In this document: one piece after another, positions 60,286 to 64,000 of the stretch | Layout: the number at the start of each line of letters is the position of its first letter | Numbering within the stretch: position 1 is the first letter of the stretch | NCBI GenBank assembly: GCA_000997385.1 | Contig: LCBT01000003.1 | Coordinates: forward strand, 128,892-192,891 | DNA length: 64,000 nt | DNA from: Candidatus Daviesbacteria bacterium GW2011_GWA1_41_61 | GTDB taxonomy: Bacteria; Patescibacteriota; Microgenomatia; Daviesbacterales; UBA10151 | Direction of reading: 5' to 3' | The notes under the pieces: model-generated | The model's input: only the letters and a program-made list of their open reading frames with translations | What the model was told of the DNA's origin: nothing | Database searches by the model: none | Translations under genes and position numbers: made by a program

Positions 60286-60887
60286 ATGACTTTTAAAAAG
60301 TCGAAATACATCAACCTTCGTTTACTGTTTAAAAACCCGCTGCAAGTCATTAAAGTCAGCTGGGGTTTACCTTGATAACGAAAAATTTCCATGTTTTCCG
60401 GTGCGACTTCCTCATATTCTCTGTATCTATATTCAAAAATCAAATTATTCTTGGTATAAATTAAAACTTTATCTCCTATCTTTATCCTTTTTAAGGATCC
60501 GAATAAATTATCCGTGTTGTGGGCATAAATTAAGGTATTACCGGAGAAATTATTTGGCCGGGAAGTCACTTCGGCAAAATAGGCATCAACCGGAGAAATA
60601 TCCCAAACTTTAGTGTTAAGATTATATTTTCCGGGTTTAATATTGGCCTTTATTCCTACCGCAGGCACCTCTATCGCTGAAGGGTCCCCTAGTAAATAGT
60701 TTGTTTGGGGTAGAGAAGGCTTCCGACTCTCTGATAAAGATAAAAATCCCAGCCTTTCGTTTATCTGAGACTGCCTTCCCCCCCAAAAACTTCTTGTTTG
60801 AATAACAAAATAGCCTATCATTAAAACTACTAATAGATAGGCCGGTAAGAGCTTGAGAATAAGCGAGGTTCTATTTAAATTGATCAT
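60282..60887 (-). CDS. Sortase
   Basis: N-terminal TM, IYAHN (His), LTLMTC (Cys), KRR (Arg). Confidence 0.9.
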   Translation of the reverse strand: MINLNRTSLILKLLPAYLLVVLMIGYFVIQTRSFWGGRQSQINERLGFLSLSESRKPSLPQTNYLLGDPSAIEVPAVGIKANIKPGKYNLNTKVWDISPVDAYFAEVTSRPNNFSGNTLIYAHNTDNLFGSLKRIKIGDKVLIYTKNNLIFEYRYREYEEVAPENMEIFRYQGKPQLTLMTCSGFLNSKRRLMYFDFLKVI

Positions 60888-60891
60888 TTTT

Positions 60892-61074
60892 CTATATGAC
60901 TCTTTTTAATACTCGAGTCACTATAAAACTAATTAAAACAATAGAACCAGTAGCTATGGATGCAAAAGATAAAACCATGGTTAGGGGTTCATTACCGGTA
61001 TTTGGTAAGACAGCTGCACCGCCAGCTAAAGCCACAGAGGCACCTAAAATTTGTCCTGTTGTACTCTGATACAT
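60892..61074 (-). CDS. 60-aa LPNTG sortase-substrate micro-protein
   Basis: LPNTG, TM and RVLKR basic tail; strong SD AAGGAGGAGG. Confidence 0.82.
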   Translation of the reverse strand: MYQSTTGQILGASVALAGGAAVLPNTGNEPLTMVLSFASIATGSIVLISFIVTRVLKRVI

Positions 61075-61131
61075 GATATCCTCCTCCTTTCTTTTTTAAC
61101 TTCAGCCGGGCAGAAGAAGACTGAACAACGA

Positions 61132-61169
61132 ATAATAACATTTTTTCAGCTTATAGTCAATCACTATAA
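61132..61169 (-). promoter_or_regulatory. Promoter of the LPNTG/sortase/GT2 operon with an overlapping inverted repeat
   Basis: TTGACT-N17-TATTAT on the minus strand; IR TTATAGT-N5-ACTATAA (61151-61169) covers the -35. Confidence 0.55.
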
Positions 61170-61216
61170 CATAAACTATTTTAGAAATTTCCCTCTTTTT
61201 GAAAACATTACTTCTC

Positions 61217-61246
61217 TTGACTGTCTTTTATGGCTTCAGGTAAAAT
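61217..61246 (+). promoter_or_regulatory. atp operon promoter
   Basis: TTGACT-N18-TAAAAT, 8 nt before the atpB ATG. Confidence 0.55.
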
Positions 61247-61254
61247 GTGCTGTT

Positions 61255-61986
61255 ATGGATATTGAGATTGCTGCAGAAACTATTGGACATATCGGTTCTT
61301 TCCCGATTACTAATTCCCTTTTAGTAACTTTAGCCACTACCGGGATTCTTTCTGCCCTGGCTGTAATATCTTCCCGGAAAATTACCCCCATACCTTCTTC
61401 TTTACAAAATTTTTGGGAATTTATAATCGAAGCGATTTATAACTTAAGCGAAGAGATTGCCCATTCTAGAGCTAAAATCTTTTTCCCTTTTGTGATGACT
61501 TTTTTCCTGTTTATTATTACCGCTAACTGGCTAGGACTTCTCCCAGGTTTTGGGACTGTTGGCTTTAAAGAAGTTCATGAAGGGAAACAGGTTTTTGTGC
61601 CCCTTCTTCGTTCAATTAATGCCGACTTAAATACTACCCTGGCTTTGGCTGCAATTTCAGCTGTAGCCACCCACTTTTTTGCCCTCAAATATTTAGGAAT
61701 TTGGCAGTATTTAAAAAAGTGGTTTAGCCTAAACCCTATATTTTTATTTGTGGGAATATTGGAGTTGGTGGGAGAATTTACTAAACTCATCTCGCTTTCT
61801 TTCAGGTTATTTGGTAATATATTTGCTGGAGAAATTGTTTTGGCAACAATTGCGGGGATTTTTGCTTTTGTTGTTCCTCTCCCCTTTTATTTTTTAGAAA
61901 TAATTGTTGGTTTTATCCAAGCGGCAGTATTTATGATGCTGACGCTTGTCTTTATGGCTTTGTTATCTGAAAAACCCGGGCATTAA
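61255..61986 (+). CDS. atpB: F0F1 ATP synthase subunit a
   Basis: NWLGLLPG, ADLNTT, SLSFRLFGNIFAGE, IQAAVF; start moved to ATG 61255. Confidence 0.95.
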   Translation: MDIEIAAETIGHIGSFPITNSLLVTLATTGILSALAVISSRKITPIPSSLQNFWEFIIEAIYNLSEEIAHSRAKIFFPFVMTFFLFIITANWLGLLPGFGTVGFKEVHEGKQVFVPLLRSINADLNTTLALAAISAVATHFFALKYLGIWQYLKKWFSLNPIFLFVGILELVGEFTKLISLSFRLFGNIFAGEIVLATIAGIFAFVVPLPFYFLEIIVGFIQAAVFMMLTLVFMALLSEKPGH

Positions 61987-62001
61987 GGAAAGAATTATTG
62001 A

Positions 62002-62244
<243 letters not shown>

Positions 62245-62246
62245 TC

Positions 62247-62287
62247 AGTCATCAGCTATCCCGATTTAATCGGGATAGCTGATGACT
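62247..62287. repeat. 41-bp perfect palindrome between atpE and atpF
   Basis: AGTCATCAGCTATCCCGATT-T-AATCGGGATAGCTGATGACT. Confidence 0.9.
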
Positions 62288-62293
62288 TTAATT

Positions 62294-62791
62294 ATGGAGA
62301 TTTTAAATGAGTTTGGTGTTAAACCAGTTTTATTGATAGCACAGGTAGTAAATTTTCTGTTACTGCTTTTTATCTTAAAGAGGTTTTTATATAAACCGAT
62401 CTTGAAGGCTTTAGAGCAGCGGAAACAGAAAATTGTTCAGAGTTTAAAAAACGCTGAGGAAATTGAGAAAAGACTTGAGGCAGTTTCTAAAGAACGTGAG
62501 GAGGCTTTAAGAAAAGCTTCTAAAGAAGCGGAGACGATCATTGGGGAAGCGACTACCTCGGCTGACAGAATTATTGCCCAAGCTCATGAAAAAGCTCAAA
62601 AGGATATTTCTAAGATGATAGAAAGGTCCCAGCAGTCTCTTAAGCTGGAAAGAGAAAAGTTGTATCAAGACATAAAGGGTGAGTTAGCCGGTTTGGTGAT
62701 GGTAGCACTTGAGAAAGTAACTGGTAAAGTGGTGACCGAGAAAGATCAAAAAGAGCTGATTAAAAAGTCTATAAAGCAGTTAGAGAGTTAA
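62294..62791 (+). CDS. atpF: F0F1 ATP synthase subunit b
   Basis: AQVVNF, YKPI..L.QR, coiled coil. Confidence 0.93.
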   Translation: MEILNEFGVKPVLLIAQVVNFLLLLFILKRFLYKPILKALEQRKQKIVQSLKNAEEIEKRLEAVSKEREEALRKASKEAETIIGEATTSADRIIAQAHEKAQKDISKMIERSQQSLKLEREKLYQDIKGELAGLVMVALEKVTGKVVTEKDQKELIKKSIKQLES

Positions 62792-62799
62792 ATTAAATC

Positions 62800-63198
62800 A
62801 TGAAAAAAGATAAACAACTAAAAAAGTTAGTTGAGAAGTTAGTTGAAATGAGTTTTGATAATAAGGGTAATTTAGTGGAAGAAAAAGTACAAAAGTGTGT
62901 CACAATTTTAAAACAATTACCGCTCTCAAAGGCAATTATTGCTTTAGAAGCTTATCTTTTGGGTTTAAGACGCGGTGTGGAAAAGAGGACTCTCCAAATT
63001 TGGAGCACTATACCGCTGACTGGTGATCAAGTAGATAAGATCTCTAAACAAATGGGACTAAATTATCCGGTAAATGATGTGGTAACTAGTGTTAACCCTT
63101 CACTTTTAGGAAGGTTACGGGTTAAAATTGGCGATGTTGTTTATGATGACAGTGTTGGTAAAAAGATAGTTAAATTGCAGGAAGCAATTAGAGACTGA
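62800..63198 (+). CDS. atpH: F0F1 ATP synthase subunit delta (short)
   Basis: VNPSLLG.L.VKIGD.VYD.S C-terminal motif; operon position. Confidence 0.85.
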   Translation: MKKDKQLKKLVEKLVEMSFDNKGNLVEEKVQKCVTILKQLPLSKAIIALEAYLLGLRRGVEKRTLQIWSTIPLTGDQVDKISKQMGLNYPVNDVVTSVNPSLLGRLRVKIGDVVYDDSVGKKIVKLQEAIRD

Positions 63199-63200
63199 GA

Positions 63201-64000
63201 ATGAATAATTTAATTACTGAAATCGAGAATCAAATTAAACAGCTAAAAACCGCTGCAGTGGTAGAAAATGTGGGTACAGTGGTAGAAGTGGGAGATGGAA
63301 TTGCCAGGATTGAAGGCTTGTCTAATGTTCAGATGTCTGAACTAATTGAGTTTCCAGGTGGAGTGTTTGGTTTAGCTTTAAATTTGGAGCAGTATAGCGT
63401 AGGAGCAATTATTTTAGGAGACTTTACTAAAGTTAAAGAAGGTGATGAGGTAAAAACTACGGGCAGGCTCCTTCAGGTTCCGGTAGGTGAAGAATTGATT
63501 GGAAGGGTAGTTGATGCCTTGGGTAATCCTTTAGACGGCAAAGGTCCGGTTAAGTCCAAACTTTCTTACCCGGTAGAAAAAGTTGCTCCAGGGGTAATTA
63601 CCAGAAAATCAGTTTCTGTTCCTCTACAAACAGGGATCAAGGCTATCGATGCTTTAATTCCTATTGGACGAGGCCAAAGAGAGCTTATTATTGGTGATCG
63701 GAATACCGGTAAAACTACTATTGCTGTTGATACCGTCATCAGTCAAAAAGATGTTATCTGTATTTATGTGGCCATTGGTCAAAAGCAGTCTAAGGTTGCC
63801 CAACTGGTAGCTAAACTGGAAGAGAATGAGGCGATGGATCATACCATCGTGGTGGTAGCCTCTGCTTCCGATCCAGCCTCCATGCAATATTTGGCTCCCT
63901 ACTCCGGTACAGCTATGGGTGAGTATTTTATGGACCTGGGCAAAGACGCACTTATTATCTATGATGATCTTTCCAAGCATGCTTGGGCTTACCGGCAAGT
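63201..64000 (+). CDS. atpA: F0F1 ATP synthase subunit alpha, runs off the window edge
   Basis: Not in the ORF track. Manual translation: [48 protein letters not shown]. Confidence 0.96.
   Translation, partial: MNNLITEIENQIKQLKTAAVVENVGTVVEVGDGIARIEGLSNVQMSELIEFPGGVFGLALNLEQYSVGAIILGDFTKVKEGDEVKTTGRLLQVPVGEELIGRVVDALGNPLDGKGPVKSKLSYPVEKVAPGVITRKSVSVPLQTGIKAIDALIPIGRGQRELIIGDRNTGKTTIAVDTVISQKDVICIYVAIGQKQSKVAQLVAKLEENEAMDHTIVVVASASDPASMQYLAPYSGTAMGEYFMDLGKDALIIYDDLSKHAWAYRQ

Overview
This is a 64 kb bacterial chromosome segment using genetic code 11. Gene content suggests a CPR/Patescibacteria (Microgenomates-like) genome; this is an inference from a monoderm-type type IV pilus locus without a secretin, cohesin proteins, an archaeal-type TyrRS and pervasive leaderless-style starts. 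From left to right it holds: (i) an accessory island with a GT2 synthase, a polysaccharide deacetylase, an XRE regulator, an SDH/Clp-fold protease and a broken IS630; (ii) housekeeping genes (response regulator, RluA-family synthase, CPA2 antiporter, LytR-C protein, yebC, ruvC); (iii) a 1 kb intergenic region with a near-symmetric 11-6-11 dif-like site, then a dockerin/cohesin/LPxSG surface cluster and a single Xer recombinase whose 3' end is duplicated next to an inverted-repeat-bounded GIY-YIG mini-element; (iv) nfo, gyrA with a 438-aa LAGLIDADG intein, alr-murD-murC-pgeF, gyrB and holB; (v) a 15 kb type IV pilus locus with 11 pilin-like genes; (vi) trmD-khpA-rpsP-rnc-acp-nusB-rpmF-recG, sod, tyrS, an ABC exporter and a CAP protein; (vii) a micro-LPNTG peptide/sortase/processive GT2 operon and the start of the atp operon. 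The best candidates for novel biology are the micro-LPNTG/sortase/GT2 operon, a family of small structured repeats inserted in-frame into housekeeping genes (possibly linked to the GIY-YIG element), the single-Xer/dif pair, the sortase-anchored cohesin-dockerin module and a serine-less ACP. All calls were made by eye; no database searches were run.
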